Shown here: positions 49,531 through 63,269 of the stretch, piece after piece
Layout: the number at the start of each line of letters is the position of its first letter
Position numbering within the stretch: the first letter of the stretch is position 1
NCBI RefSeq assembly: GCF_004010195.1
Contig: NC_057749.1
Coordinates: forward strand, 16,165,831 to 16,229,830
Length of the DNA: 64,000 nt
Direction: 5' to 3'
DNA from: Chiloscyllium plagiosum
Lineage: Eukaryota
Notes under the pieces: generated by a model
What the model was told of the DNA's origin: nothing
What the model saw: the letters and a program-made list of their open reading frames with translations, nothing else
Databases searched by the model: none
Program-made: the position numbers and the translations under genes

Positions 49531-49932
49531 GAAAGGCTGAAGGACAGAGCACGGAGTGGGGTGGAAGGGGTGAGAAATGTGGATCTGAGGTTACAGTCAC
49601 ATCAGCTGCAATCTTACAGAGCAAGTCTGAGAGGATGGAAAACCTTTGCCCCTTTTGTTCATATAAAGAGGAAGAGGGAGGGGGAGCGAGCACAAAGTGT
49701 GAGGTTTGGGTTACAGGTCAGAGGGTGGGCAAAATTAATTAACAGAGATAGGCCCATTGTATTCGTAATGAAATGTGCTGTTCACAATTATAATATGTCG
49801 CCATGTAAAGCTCAAATGGTCAAGGTTGTTGGAAAGAAACAAAGTATTTGCTAAAGTAGGTGTTAATGGCAGAATAAAGACAGCTTTGCACAAAAACAAA
49901 TCAGGAAAACATGCCACAATCTGACATTTGGC

Positions 49933-50288
49933 ATAGTGGCTCAGTGGCTAGTGCTGCTGCCTCACAGCATCAGGGACCCGGGTTCGATTCCAGCCTCGGG
50001 CAACTGTCTGGGTGGAGTTTGCACACTCTCTCTGTGTCTGTGTAGGTTTCCTCCAGGTGCTCCAGATTCCTCCCACAGTCCAAAACTGTGCATTTTGGGG
50101 CGGATTGGCCATGGGAAATTGCCCCTTGTGTCCAGGGATGTGCAGGCTGGGTGGTTAGCCATGGGAAATTTAGAGTTACAGGGATAGGGTAGGAGGTGTA
50201 TCTGGGTGAGATGCTCTTCGGAGGCTCAGTGTGGACTCAATGGGCCAGATGGCCTGTTTCCACACTGTAGGGATTCTATGAATCTATA
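49933..50288 (+). mobile_element. Older HE1-related SINE
   Basis: tagtggctcagtggctagtgctgctgcctcacagc..gggttcgattcc..ggagtttgcac..; gattctatg tail. Confidence 0.85.
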
Positions 50289-52974
50289 AAAAGAAAGCAA
50301 ACTGGGGGAACAGAGTTTATTTTCTGACATTGTTCAGACCAATGTTATGTCTAAGCGTCTGATGAGAAAAGGAGGTGCTGATCGTGCCTGTGTTGGGCTT
50401 CATTGAGCTGACTGAGGACAGAGGTGTGAGTGTCACAGCAAAGTGCATTGAAATGACAAGTGGGCAGAAGATCAGGGTCAACGGCAAAGAGGTTCCGTAA
50501 GGTGATTGACTTGCATCCTGCAAAGTGACAATGAAGAGACTCCCCCCCTCACTTTCAGCCTAGGTTCCATGTCTCACTGACAGATGACATGTCCCACGGT
50601 GCAGCAAGGAAAGGGTTAACCCTGAAGCCAAGTGCAGCTCAATCTCCCACTGCTTATCCAACCAGAAGGAAGCATCCATTAGGCCACTGGATAAAGCAAC
50701 ATTATCCAGAGTCTGTGGTCAATAATGAACCAGCCGTGACAGACAATGACCCACACTGCCCAGAGGCACTGCCACCCCATAGGCCTGAGGCAGCTGCTTA
50801 CTGAACCTGGCACACAAGTGGCAACTCCAGTCCCATTCACCCACACCGGGCATCTTGGACTCATCACAACCCCACCGAGACTGCACTGGGTGTTATGCCT
50901 TACCCGTGCGTTTCAATGAAGGACTGGGGGCAATGAATTAATCCAAATGTACACACCCCACAGAAGCTGGGAACATGACTCACATCTGGTCCCGGGGAGA
51001 GAAAGTGGGAGCCTCCCCCGAGGCATCACTGATCAATTCTTTGGAAACATTACAGAATGTTTGCTGAATATAACTAAAGGGAATCTATCATCTATTCATT
51101 TAAACGCCCCAACACGAGGTGATTCCTGAATCCTTGACTTTCAAAAACATAATTCTTTGGAGAAAAGAGTTCACTTCAAAATAAATCCAAGTCGTTTGTG
51201 CCCTTACCAGCTCAACGTCACTGACTCCACTTCACAACAACTGGGATCTCCCACACTGTCAGAAACACGAAGTTCACCTTCACTTGGGTTTTAGGGGAAT
51301 CTCTGCTCCACGTTTTGCCTCGGGTTTCTCGCTGGGACTCTCACCTCTGCCTCTGTCGTCTTCCTCAAAGTGCAGACATTCTGTTTGAAGATGCAGGCGT
51401 CTGTTTCACTGAGGCTGAGTTAAACTCCACCGCTCCCATTGAAGGAAGTGGCGAGTTTCCTGTCTCTGTCCCATGGCTCCTTTATCAAACTAGCTTTGGA
51501 CAATCCCACTTCACCCTCGGTTTGCTGTTAAAAATCAGTTGGACAGAGAAAGGGAAAGGGACAGAGAGAGAGAGAGGAACCCAGACTGTCACGGACCAAG
51601 CAGAAAATCATAAATATATAGGAGCCAGTTAAGAACTAGACACATGCTACACACTCAAAAGCAAAAAGTAACAAACACAGTGGTAGAAAAACAGAAATTC
51701 AGAGGCACAGATATACTGGAGAACACAGAAAACATAATTACCTTGGAGAGAGAGAATCCGTCACTATGTAAAGTGCAGGGATCTGGTGAACACACTGAGC
51801 CTGTGAAATGGGTATTTTATTCAGGAATAGTTTTCCTATTCCAGTGTTGGTTTGCAGTCTGTGAGAGGCAGGCTGCTGTTTGTTGATATGAAATGACACG
51901 CTTTCTGTTCCGGACGGAGGAAGTGGGCTGACATCAGCTCAGCAAGTGCCTGAACCTGGCCAAGTCTCAAAGTTCTCCTTCCCTGCAGAAGGAAAGGGTT
52001 CAAAATAAAGTCAGCTCTCACTCCTGGCTCTGATCAGGTGACTGGAGGAAGTGGGTGTCAGGCTATAATGGGACTGAGCCAGGCTTATTAACCATCAGAA
52101 TGACAACAGGCAACACACAATGTCCAACAGACACCGGTTTGCTGAAATCAAATCAGTGGGTACTGGAGAAACTCAGTAGCTATATCTCTCATGCTACGTG
52201 TCCCCATGGGTTTTCAATTTTGTACATTTTTGCCTATGAGCATATATTTCAGACTGTACGGTTGTTTGTGTGTGTTTAATTAGCTGTCTATGTACATCTG
52301 TACTTCCGCTGGTCTGTAACATCTGTATGTCTTTCTGAGTATGAGTGTGTATGCCCATCTCTCTCTCTCTCTCTTCCCCTCTGTTGCTGTTGTCTCTTTC
52401 TGTGCATTTCTGTCTCTGCCTGCATGTGTTTATGTTCCTCCAGCTTCTCCCTGGTATTTTTCACATTTACTCTGCCCCCTGTGACCAGCTCCCAGCAGCA
52501 GCTGGAGTGCAGTCTGGCTGTTTGTTTCTAGAATTTCCTGTAAGACTCCAGGGAAATCTATCAGTGTTTTCTGGAAAGGACCCAGCCCCTGAGCTCCTGC
52601 TTGGTCTGGCTTCTTCAGCCTTTCCTTTATTTGAATCTTTGGTTTCTATCCCCTCCCGCCCCCACTCCCCCATGACAAACAGCTTTCTCTGGGCAGGCGG
52701 GAAAGGGTGGATTTGTTCCTTTTGTTCTCAGTTCCGACGCTGCTTAAGGTGCGTCTCAAACACCAAAAGCAAGCGGTTAGCACCAGCGGGACAGTCGGCC
52801 CTGGTCAACTCTGGCCAGCCCCTGCTGTTAACCCCAAGGCCGCTCTTTCCAAAAGGACAGTGAGAGCTGGGCTGGGCCTGTTGCAGTGTTTCAGTCCAAT
52901 GCAAGATGCAGGAACAGCACCTCGTTTTCTGCATAGGCCCTTTCAGCCTTCAGAACCTAACGCTGAGTTCAATA

Positions 52975-53315
52975 GCTTCATCCTCATTATCAAAATCACC
53001 CATGGCCTCACCTAGCCCTCCTTACCACTCCTTTAGCCTTGCAACCCTCTCTGCATTGCTCCAATTTTAACCTCTTTGTCATTGATGGCCATGCTTTCAG
53101 CTGCTTAGGCTCCAAGTACTAGAAATCCCTCCCTAAACGTCTGTCTCTCTCGAGATGCTTATGGACCTCTCTGACCAAGCTTTTGTACACCAGCCCTAAT
53201 ATTGCTTGATGTGACTTGATGTCAAATCTTGTCTGATTTATGCCTCTATGAAGCATGTCTGACATGTTTTGCTATATTGTAGGTGGTATGTAAATGCAGC
53301 ATATCATTGTTGTTG
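52975..53315 (+). mobile_element. Old L2-like 3' end
   Basis: Similar to 9315-9625; ends tgtaaatgcagc..ttgttgttg. Confidence 0.5.
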
Positions 53316-54082
53316 CTGGCTCTTTCTGGCCCAGCGATTAACATGTGCCTGAGCACTGGGAATGTGTCACACAGATGACAAGGTCACCAGCTGTGACTAA
53401 GAACAATATTCCAAAGCAACAAATGCAGAAAATTCACCAAAACTTAAGGATTAGAAAATAAAACAGGAATTCCTCTGGCAAACCAGAACATGCTGTCAGC
53501 AGCTGAAGGTAAAAGGCAGCATAATGGCTTCAATGCCAACACCTTTACTACCCCAGAACAACAGCCATAACTTTTGAAGCATTTACTTAGCATCTGATCA
53601 TGCTGAAATATAAACAAAACCTGATTAGAATTCTGTAAGGGCTGTGGACTCAAACAGTATTTTCTGTGTGTGTGTGTCCCTACAGCCCAGGGACTGAAGC
53701 AGTTCGTCGCCAGCTTCTCCAGGGTAACTAGGCTTGGAGAATAAAACACTGGACCAGCCAGTGATACCCATCTTGTCAACAAACTGATCAAAACCCAGAG
53801 TGTCGCATTTATGCTTCAGAGCAAGGAACAAAGGAAGACAGCACCCCATTCCCCACAGTTTCTTAAAGAGAGGGAACTTGGGAAGTGTAGATGAGCAAAA
53901 TGACCTGGTTGGTAGGTAGATAGACAGAAATTTAACGTTACTTGTACGTGTGAAAATATAATAAAACGTGTACAATTTGCCACAAAACAACACCATTTAA
54001 GTACCTAAATTATACACTTTAAAAAATAGACAAAATTAAGACAAATATTATTTTTTGTTCATTCCACAACCTCTTGGTTTCA

Positions 54083-54292
54083 CTGCCAAGGACCAGGGTC
54101 CTGTTGAAATTGTCAATGACCAGTGGAGCCTGTCGAACCTGTCAATGACTGGGGGGGCCTGTCAAAACTGCTGAGGACCGGAGTCTGTCGAAACTGTCAA
54201 TGACCGGGGACCTGTTGAAACTGCCAAGGACCAGGGGCTGTCGAAACCGCCAAGGACCAGGGGCTGTTGAAACTGCCAAGGACCGGGGCTGT
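54083..54292 (+). repeat. Degenerate ~26-28-bp tandem repeat
   Basis: actgccaaggaccaggggctgtcgaa variants. Confidence 0.75.
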
Positions 54293-55606
54293 CTGTGCTG
54301 CTGCTTCCTGCAGTCTTTCCCCATTTAAATAACATCCGGCTCTTCCATTCTCCCTGATAAAGTGCATTACCTCACAATTTAAACTTAATTTCCTTTCAAT
54401 TGGCGTTACTCCTCAAGTTCTCATCCCCCTGACAGGTTGTTTAAACCCACCGCAACAGCACCAGAAAACCTCCCTGTGAAGCTATTAGTTCCAATCTTGT
54501 TCAGATGTAACCTGTCCCAGAACTAGACTCAATGCCTCAGATATCTGATGCTCTCCCCCACCTTATCAGTTCTCTGGCCATATATTCAATCTACTGACCT
54601 TATGCCCATTAGCCCATGGCACTGGCGATCTCCAGTCGCAGACAGTGAGTGAAAGTCCTGAGCCTTGCTCCTGGCCAAACTGTTTCAGCGTAGCTACAAT
54701 ATTCGCAATCACCCAACAATTGTTCATGTATGTTCTGTCCACAAACAACAGAGTAAATCTGTTCCAGTCAATTAATGCCCATTAGTCTACTCACAATCAG
54801 TAGTAAAGTGATGGAAGAGATCATTCAACAGTGCTTTTAAGTGACACTTACTCAGCAACATCTGGTACATTGATGCTCTGTTTGATTCCTGTCCTGCCTG
54901 CTCAGTTCCTGACCTCATTACAGCCTTGGTGCAAACATGAACAAGAAGGTTGAACTCCAGAAGCAAAACAGGAGGGTCTGCCTTTGGTATCAAGGTAGCA
55001 TTTGTCTGCGTGTGGCATTAGGGAGCCCGAGGTTATCTGGAATCAATGGGATTCAGATGGTGAAGTCTCCATTGGTTGGAGTCATACCTAATCTCCAGGA
55101 CACTAAGCAGCAGTTCCTCAAGGTAGTCCCAAACATCTTCAGTTGCTTCATCAATGATCTTCCCTCCATCATAAGGTCAGAAGTGGGAATGTTTGCTGAT
55201 GACTGCACAATATTCAGCACCATTTGCAACTCTTCAGATACTGAGGCACTAAATGCAGCTAGACCTGGACAACATCCAGGTTTGGGAGATTAAGTAATAA
55301 TAACATTGGCACCATACAATGAGTCCATCAAACAAGAGAGAATCTCACTGTTGCCCCTTGATGCACAATGTCTTTTCCTTCGCTGAATTTCCTACCATCA
55401 ACATCCTGGAGTGTACAACAGACCAGAAATGAAACCTGGCCAACTACAGAAATATAATGGCTACAACGTTCTGTAATGGGTAACTCACCTCCTGAATTCT
55501 CAAAGCCTGCCAGCCATCGACAAGGCACAAGTCAGGACTGAGGTGGAATATTCCCCACTTGCCTGGATAAGTGCAGCCCCTACAACACTCAACTCTATCA
55601 ATGACA

Positions 55607-56932
55607 GCACTAAAGTGAGGACAGCAGATGTTGGAGATTAGAGTCGAGACTGCAGTCTGGAATGTCAGGCAGCATCGGAGGAGCAGGAGAATCGACATTT
55701 CGGACAAAAGCCCTTTAACAGGAGTGAGGCTGTCAGCCAAAGGGGTGGAGAGAGAAATGGGAGGGAGGGAAGGCAGCTGAGAGTGCGATAGTTGGATGGA
55801 GGTGGGGGGTAATGGTGATAGGTCAGTGAGGAGGGTGGAGCGGATAGGTGGGAGGAAAATGGACAGGTGAGACAGGTCATGGGGACGGCGCCGGGTTGGG
55901 AGGTTGGAACTGGGGTAAAGTGGGGGGAGGGAAATTGAGGAAACTGGTGAAATCCACTTTGATCCCATGTGGTTGGAGGGTCTCAAGGTGGAAGATGAGG
56001 CGTTCTTCCTCCAGGCGACGGGTGNNNNNNNNNNNNNNNNNNNNNNNNNNNNNNNNNNNNGGGGGAGTGTGGTTGGGGGGGGGAGGGGGCATGGACCTGA
56101 CCAGGGAGTTGCGAAGGGAATTGTCTTTATGGAAAGCGGATAGGGATGGGGAGAGAAATATATCCCTGGTGGTGGGGTAGGTTTGTAGGTGGCGGAAATG
56201 GTGGAGGATGATGCGATGTGTACGGAGGTTGGTGGGTTGGAAGGTGAGGACCAAGGGGGTTCTGTCCTTGTTGCGATTGGAGAGGTGGGGTTCAAGGGCA
56301 GAGGTGTGGGAAGTGGATGAGATGTGCTGGAGGACATCATCAACCACATGGAAGAGGAAAATTGCCATCTGTAAAGAAGGAGGTCATCTGGTGTGTTCTG
56401 TCGTGGAATTGGTCCTCCTGGGAGCAGATGCAGCAGAGGTGGAGGAATTGGGAATAAGGGATAGCGTTTTTGCAGGAGGAACGGTGTGAGGAGGTGTAGT
56501 CCAGGTAGTTGTGGGAGTCGGTGGGCTTGTAGAAGATGTCTGTGTTGAGTCAGTCACTGTTGATGGAGATGGAGAGGTCCAGGAAGGGGAGGGAGGTGTC
56601 TGAGATGGACCTGGTGAATTTAAGGTTGGGGTGGAATGTATTCGTGAAGTTCATGAACTGTTCAACCTCCTCGTGAGAGCACGAGGTGGCACCGATCAAT
56701 GTAGCTGAGGGAAAGGGGGGAATGGCACCGGTGTAACTCCGGAAGATGGACTGTTCTGTGAAACCAACAAAGAGATAGGCATAGCTGGAGCCCATGCAGG
56801 TCCCCATGGCTACTCCTTTCGTCCCTTGGCTCACAGCCTCATTCCTGATGAAGGGCTTTTGCCCGAAATGTTGACTCTCCTGCTCCTCAGATGCTGCCTG
56901 ACCTGTTGTGCTTTTCCAGCACCACACTCTTG
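55607..56932 (-). mobile_element. 5'-truncated Penelope-like element with inverted pLTRs (contains an assembly gap)
   Basis: Minus strand KGVAMGTCMG.SYA.LFVGF.EQ, SLPFLDLSISI, RRLEEERLIFHL.TLQPHGI. Inverted pLTRs at ~55612-55742 and 56822-56932. Direct repeat ACTCTATCAATGACA at 55592-55606 and 56933-56947. Confidence 0.9.
56025..56060. other. Assembly gap (36 N)
   Basis: Run of N next to G-rich sequence. Confidence 1.
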
Positions 56933-57397
56933 ACTCTATCAATGACAAACTTGCCTGATCAACACTGCATCTATCATCTTCCATGTTCAGTCCCACTGCA
57001 CCGAAACACAGGCGTGTCCTATCTACAAGGTGAACTTTTGCAACTCACTAAGACTCCTTCAATAGCACCTTCCAAACCAGCAACCTCTATTATCTAGAAA
57101 ACAAGGGTAGCAGATACGTGGGAACACCACCCCCTGCCAGTTCCCCTCCAAGTGCCTCACCATCCAGACTTGGAAATATATCGCCACTTCCTCAATGTCG
57201 CTGGTTCAAAATCCTGGGGGCACCCCTACAGCACTGTGGGTGCTCCTTCTACCCAAGGGCTACAGAGGCTGAAGGTAGCACCTCATCACCACCTTCTCCA
57301 GGACCATTAGGGATGGGCAATAAACACTGGGTTAGCTGGCAACACACACATCCCGTGAATAAAAAAACATCAACTTTTGAACTCTTCAATCACAACT

Positions 57398-57403
57398 TTT
57401 ATT
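57398..57403 (-). terminator. Candidate STRC polyadenylation signal
   Basis: TTTATT on + (AATAAA on -), about 63 nt after the stop. Confidence 0.6.
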
Positions 57404-57465
57404 TACTTTCAAATACAAATAAAATACTAGGATCTAAAACCGATGTCAATCCAACTTGAGAGAGT

Positions 57466-57560
57466 TCAGGTCCAGTTCTCCACGAGGTGATAGGTAATAG
57501 ATAGACCCAAGAACAGGATAGCCACCTGGGGCCAGGCTGATAGCACTGCATGATTCTTGC
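57466..57560 (-). CDS. STRC: Stereocilin, last coding exon (hydrophobic GPI-signal-like tail)
   Basis: (G)KNHAVLSAWPQVAILFLGLSITYHLVENWT*; acceptor ctttcag|; phase fits the previous exon; 95 nt. Confidence 0.82.
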
Positions 57561-57725
57561 CTGAAAGTTCAAAGAGAGGTAATGTTTAGCTCAAAATTCT
57601 TTCTTCTTCACTCCAACCCCACCAACCGACGATACTGGCTTTGGCAAGGAGCAATGGCCACATCGTGAGAATGAGCTTAAAGAGGATGTGCCTGAGCTAG
57701 CGGTGAATTGTTAACTCAGATGTAC

Positions 57726-57873
57726 CTCTCTGCTCCTGGTGGATCTCCCCATCATACTGTGCAGTGCTGACAGCTCGCCTCTGCTCTGGGCTCAGCTTCT
57801 CGTACTGTTTGCTGGTCACAGCGGATGCCTGGGCACTGCTCAGGGATGACAGCTGATCGGTATTGAATACAAC
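57726..57873 (-). CDS. STRC: Stereocilin, penultimate exon
   Basis: [49 protein letters not shown]; matches the STRC motif QLSSL.SAQA.AVT..Q...[13 protein letters not shown]; 148 nt. Confidence 0.93.
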
Positions 57874-58745
57874 CTATTGGGGGAAGAGACAACTGAGAAA
57901 CCGTTTGTGTATTCATCACCAGACAGGGCGTGGGAGGCGACTGGAGATGATTGTCAACTTGGAATTTGAAGCTCACAATCAATCAGCACAGGAAGAGACC
58001 ATTCAGCCCAGATTGCCAATGCTGGCTGTTTGACAGATCTATCCAGTTATTTCCATACCCACACCTGCTTCTATCTCTATAATTCTGCATATTCTCCCCT
58101 TTCCAGAATGCATACAACTTCCATTGGGAAGTTATTAATGAATCTGCTTTCACTGCCTTTTCAGGAATGCAGCAACATGCTGTATAGATCAAAGAATCAC
58201 TGTCACCTCCACCTCTCATTCTTTTGCAAGTTACCAATGAATGGATCAGCCATTTGGTACAGAGATGAGGAATTCCTTCTCTCAGAGGATTGAGAATCTT
58301 CAGAATTCCCCACCCGAGAGAGCTCAGTTATGGAGTACATTCAACATGGAGGTTGAGAGAAATGTCGGGCATGAATGAAATCAGGCGATACAGCAATAAG
58401 ACAGGAAACAACGGTGTTAGATTGGCCATGACTTTCTGGAATAGTGGACTCAGGCTGCCCCCTCCCCCCGGCTTCACTCTGTATTTTTGTTCATGTGCAG
58501 CATCACTTAAAAAGATGTCATTGGTTTGTTATCACATTGTGGGATCTTGCTGTGTGCTAGACTAACTACTGCATTTCCTACAATACAACAGCAACAATTC
58601 TTCAAAAGGACTTCATTGACTGTAAAGCAATTTGTGGTATCCTAACATCACCAAACGAGGGGCTAAATAAATGCAAGTATCCTCTTTTGCTCTCTGTACC
58701 CAATGTTATTGCAATGGAAAGCGAGTTTAGCATTTGAAGACTTAC

Positions 58746-58843
58746 TGCAAATTTGCTCGGGACGATGAGCGAGATGGCTGAAGGTGTGAGTCCTTCAATC
58801 TGTTGCTCCACTAGCGATGACAATGTGACGTCAGGTAGTCCAG
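58746..58843 (-). CDS. STRC: Stereocilin exon
   Basis: (A)GLPDVTLSSLVEQQIEGLTPSAISLIVPSKFA; cacag| acceptor, |gtaagt donor; 98 nt. Confidence 0.93.
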
Positions 58844-58944
58844 CTGTGAGAGAAAATGATCCAATGGGTTTTCTCAGACACTGCATAGTATCATACAACA
58901 CACAGCCCATGAACTGGACTGACAACAATGAACATCATAAATCA

Positions 58945-59312
58945 GATGACTGTCTGTCTTTGCGTCTGTGTACGTATGTGTCTGTGTCTATGTTTGTCTG
59001 TGTGTCTGTCTGTGTGTCTGTATATGTGTGAGATGAAGAGCTTATGCTGGGAGTGTGTGTGTCTCTCTGTCTGTCTGTCTATGAATCTGTCTGTTTGTCT
59101 GTGTGTGTGTCCCTGTCTATGTGTCAGCGTGTGTCTCCCTCTATGTCTGTGTGTGCGTCTGTGTCTGCGTGTGCATCTGTCTATGTGTGTCTGCCTGTGT
59201 GTGTCTGTATCTCTGAATGTGTCTGTATGTCTATGTGTCAGTGTGCGTGTGTCTGTGTGTGTCTGTCCATATCTGTCTGTGTGTATCAGTTTGTCTGTCT
59301 GTGTGTCTGTGC
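58945..59312. repeat. Low-complexity (TG/TGTC)n tract
   Basis: Direct inspection. Confidence 0.92.
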
Positions 59313-59324
59313 TTGCCATGCACC

Positions 59325-60150
59325 ATAAACCATTAGAAATAAGGACAGGATAAGGCCATTCAGCCCCTTGAGCCAACTCAGCCACGCAACAGCACCATGG
59401 CTGATCCAACATCCCTCACATCCATTTTCCTTCCTCTGTAACCCTTGATGCCTCAACTGATCAAGAATTTCTCAGTCTTAAATATACACAAGGATTCTAC
59501 CCCCACAGATCTCTCTGTGGCAAGGAGTTCCAAAGACACACAACCCTCTGAGAGAAGGAATTTCTCTTTACCTCAGTCTTAAATTGGTGCCCCTTTATCC
59601 TGAGACTGTGCCCTCTGGTCCTAGACTCTCCCATGAGGGGGAGCACCCTCTCAGCATTGACCCTGTCAAACCCCTTAAGAATCTGATACATTTTAATGAG
59701 ATCACCTCTCATTCTTCTAAACTCTAGTTATTAGTCTCAACCTGTTCGGCTTTTGCTCATAAAACCATCCCTCCAGACCAGGATAACGAAACAAAGAGCT
59801 GTGGATGCTGGAGATCTGAAACAAAAACAGAAATTGCTGGAGGAACTCAGCAGGTCTGGCAGCATCAGTGGGAGGAAAGCAGAGTTAGCTCTTCAAGTCC
59901 AGTAACTCTTTATCAGAGCCCCTCCATACTAGGGATCATTCTAGTGATCCTTGTCAGAACTGCCTCTTCTGAACTAATATATCTTCTTAAATAAGGCAAC
60001 CAGAACTACTCCCAATACTCCAGCTATGGTCTCCCCATCATCTTGTACAGTTCCCTATTCTTACCCTCCAACCCCTTGAAATAAAGGCCAACAGCCCATT
60101 GGCCGTCCAGTTTACCTGCTGTCCATGTATGCTAGCTTTCTGGGTTTTGT
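59325..60150 (-). mobile_element. CR1 3' region with a nested Penelope pLTR piece (~59785-59920)
   Basis: ORF 59497-59712(-) MRGDLIKMYQILKG..ESRTRGHSL..FSQRVV.LWNSLPQ. Confidence 0.85.
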
Positions 60151-61013
60151 GAACAAGTAACCCCCATTCCGCCAAGTCCCTAGTCACCAATAGGCTGCTG
60201 CAAAAAAATGATCATTTCCAAAGTAACCGAAGGAAATCACTTTGGGATGCCCAGAGGATATGAAACGCAAGCTGTTCCATTTCCTCCTTCAATTTTTTTC
60301 AAATAGATGCTTGCCCTTAGCAATTTCAAACTGAGAAAGCAGTGGGACTTGAGGCTGAAGCAGCAGAAACCAGCTCAGAAAGAGCTCGTTTCTCTCTGAC
60401 AAATCCTCCCAATGTTGGCCTCACCATGGTAAGTCTTGTAGATATTTTCTCATCAACCCATTCATGGATGTTAGTACACACAGCTCTGATGTAGGTGGGA
60501 CTTGAACCGGGCCTCCTGGCCCAGACGTAATACCACTACCACTACCCCTTGTGAGATCACCCTGATGACACAGTGTCAGAGTTCAACTTGTTGCAGCCCA
60601 GCAACCAATCCACACAAACACACCATCATCCATTCCAGAAAGAGGAACAGGCCACACAATAAAAGCATGATTGATGTGATATTAACCTCAACACTACATT
60701 CCTGCATCCCCCCATCAATCTTTCATCCATTTCATGGGCAATTAGGGATGAGTAACAAGTGCTGGCCTTGTCAATGACATCCACATTCCACAACAGCAGA
60801 AATGGATAAGATTCCAGCTGGGAGGTGTCTGAAATGGACAACGTGAAGCTTTATCCTGTTCCTCCTCAGATTCCCACTGCTCCGTCCAGTATCAGGGAAG
60901 CAGCTTCACTCTATTACCAGGCCCTGGCCACCCCCTCAATGACGAGAACTGAGCAGGGCCCTTCCCAAACTCAGGCTCCATTCCCAATAGGATGAAGACA
61001 TTGATCCCATTAC

Positions 61014-61162
61014 CTGCAATGGAGCCAATTTCGGTGAAGATTTCAGGGCCCCAGTTGCTGACCAGCCCGAAGGCCTGGGGCAGGGTGGTGAGATGGGCCA
61101 GGGCCTCCAGCTGGGCTTCAGAGCAACTCAGCTTCAAACCCCCAAGGAACAAGACGGCCTTA
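61014..61162 (-). CDS. STRC: Stereocilin exon
   Basis: (S)[49 protein letters not shown]; ttacag| acceptor, |gtaatg donor; 149 nt. Confidence 0.95.
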
Positions 61163-61334
61163 CTGTAATGAAGAGAAGCAGCCTGTGAGCCAGCCAGACA
61201 CAGCATCTTCCTGTTTTAATTCACTCAAATTAAAATTTCACCAACATCAAACTTTACTCATTTTGTTAAGAGCTAATCAAGGTGAGGGGTATGAGGAGTG
61301 GTTAAAATCTCATTTTCAAGCTTCAGTGCCTTAT

Positions 61335-61665
61335 TAAACACTCCCAGGACAGGAACAGCACAGGGTTAGGTACAGAGTAAAACTTCCTCTACTGTTCCCC
61401 ACTCCCAGGACAGGGACTGCACGGGGTTAGATACAGAGTAAAGACCCCGTCAAACACTCCCAGGATGGGGACACCATGGTGTTAGAGACATTGCAAAGCT
61501 GCCTCTATACTGTTCCCTATCAAAAATCCCCAGGACAGGGACAGCATTAAGTTAGAGACTTTGTAAAACTCTCTCTACACTGTTCCCCATCAATATCCCC
61601 AGGACAGGGAAGCATGGAGATAGAGACATTGTAAAGCTGCCTCTACACTGTTCCCCATCAAACAC
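61335..61665 (-). repeat. ~60-bp minisatellite, reverse orientation
   Basis: Reverse complement of the 24180-24838 unit (aaacactcccaggacagggacagca..ttagatacagagtaaa). Confidence 0.85.
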
Positions 61666-62081
61666 TGCTGCAGCAGGATTGGATATTTTGTTCCCAGTGT
61701 GGTTGGTGTTCAATTCTGCAGCAGTGTACTGCCACAGGGCAATGGGAGCTTGGTGTCAGTTCAAGGGAAAGGAAGAGTTTGGTTGGTGTGTTCAGTGCTG
61801 ATCCAGAGGGGATGGATGTGATGTTGCAGCCATGAACAATGTGGGGCGTCTGGTATTTACCTGCCCCTCCCAATCCCAGCCGCAGTTTGTGGAGAACAGG
61901 TTAATCTGTTAAACTTCCCTTTCAGCTCTCTTAGCTGAGTGACCCTTCACCCCAGAGGGCAGACAGTCGTGGAAGGAAGATTGAAAAGAACAACAAAAAA
62001 AAAATCCCTTCCATCCAGTGAGGAAATTGAAGTTGAAATGATGAATTGGATAATGGTCCCCACCGTTCCCTTCTTCCTGAC

Positions 62082-62224
62082 CTGAACTCCTCAGGATTGA
62101 TCCTCTCGATCTCAGTGACTGCCATCCCACAGATCAAATGTCCCAGTGCGGTGAGGGTCGTGGCATCGAGCTCTGACACGGACTGCCCTCCCCGTCGGAG
62201 GAAGCTGCTAAATCCTGCCCTTCT
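62082..62224 (-). CDS. STRC: Stereocilin exon (most 5' exon recognised in the window)
   Basis: RRAGFSSFLRRGGQSVSELDATTLTALGHLICGMAVTEIERINPEEF; ttctag| acceptor, |gtcagg donor; 143 nt. Confidence 0.92.
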
Positions 62225-62579
62225 CTAGAAAACACAAGCAGGTGCAGCGTTCAACTGATCAAACATTGTGCTTCACCCCCTGAGAAGGCAAGAGCTGGCA
62301 TTTGAGTTTGTGACATAAGGGCTGCCTCCGCCAGTTTGTTTAAAACCCAAAGCTGTGTATAAACTCTGTCACCGCAAGACTTGAAGCCGGCTCCTGCCGG
62401 GAGGAGGTGTTTTTGTCAGCTGCAGCTCGGTGAGAAGTATCCAGCCAGGAGGTCCATCTCCTGGGACATGACCCCACAATCCAGGGGATGACTCTGTCAG
62501 TGCCATGCTGCAGGTGTGCTGCACTGCCAGAGGTACCATCCTCCAGCTGAGGTGATAAACCAGGGAACCTTCAACCCTG

Positions 62580-62783
62580 GAGACAGTAAGGACTGTGGAT
62601 ACATGAAATCGGACTCAATAGATGTGAAGCTGGAAGGGCAGGCAGCATCTGAAGACCAGGAAAGAGAACATTTTGGGCTAAAACCCTTCATCCTGATGAA
62701 GGATTTCATCCCAAAATGTTGACGTTCCTGCTCCTCGGATGTTGTCTAACCTGCTGTGCCCTTCCAGCTTCACATCTATTGAT
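62580..62783. mobile_element. Old fold-back Penelope derivative inside a Deu-SINE
   Basis: tcaatagatgtgaagctggaagggca...tgcccttccagcttcacatctattga arms around cttcatcCTGATGAagg. Confidence 0.75.
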
Positions 62784-63269
62784 CCTTCCGCCCTTTCAGG
62801 TGGCAGGTATGATCCCATGGTGCTGTTCTGAAAAACAGCGGGGGAGGTCTCCCTGACATCCAGGCCAAATTTAATGCCTCAACCAATACCAGGGTATCTC
62901 ATCATTGCAGTTTGTGGGATCTCCCTGCACACCAGCTGGCTGCTAGGTTTCCTGCTTTACAATGAGGTCTACACCTCAACAGGGTTTCATGGGTTGTATA
63001 AATGCTCTCGGGGGAGGAAATGTCCCGTTCAAACCCTTTCTTTCCATTCTTGCTCAGCAGCAGGAGCTAAGAAATGGCTGGACTGTATCCAGTTCCTTCT
63101 CCTGGCTCCAGTCAGGCAGGATCTGAAACGAAACAGCAGCTTATCACCTCCCTCACAAACAGCTCGGAGCATTGCAAATCCAATTAATTAGCTTCGAAAC
63201 GAAACATCTGCAATCGAGGCAAATGTAGCCGTCATGTCGAGTGCAGCAAGATCCGAGAATCAACCTGGA

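Larger units (their letters stand above)
54700..57367 (+). mobile_element. Decayed CR1/L2-group LINE (RT + 3' end), split by a Penelope insertion
   Basis: IFSCFINDLPSIIRSEVGMFADDCTIF (ORF 54937-55293); ends gggatgggcaataaacactgg..gtgaataaaaaaa. Confidence 0.8.

Noticed and set aside
52345..53015. 172-aa and 102-aa ORFs between the GPCR and STRC
   Set aside because: Low-complexity or non-ATG start, no domain, no convincing splice signals.
55444..56368. 301-aa and 163-aa ORFs
   Set aside because: Penelope remnants read through an N gap.
58928..59412. Cys/Val-rich and His/Thr/Arg-rich ORFs
   Set aside because: Translations of a (TG/TGTC)n low-complexity tract.
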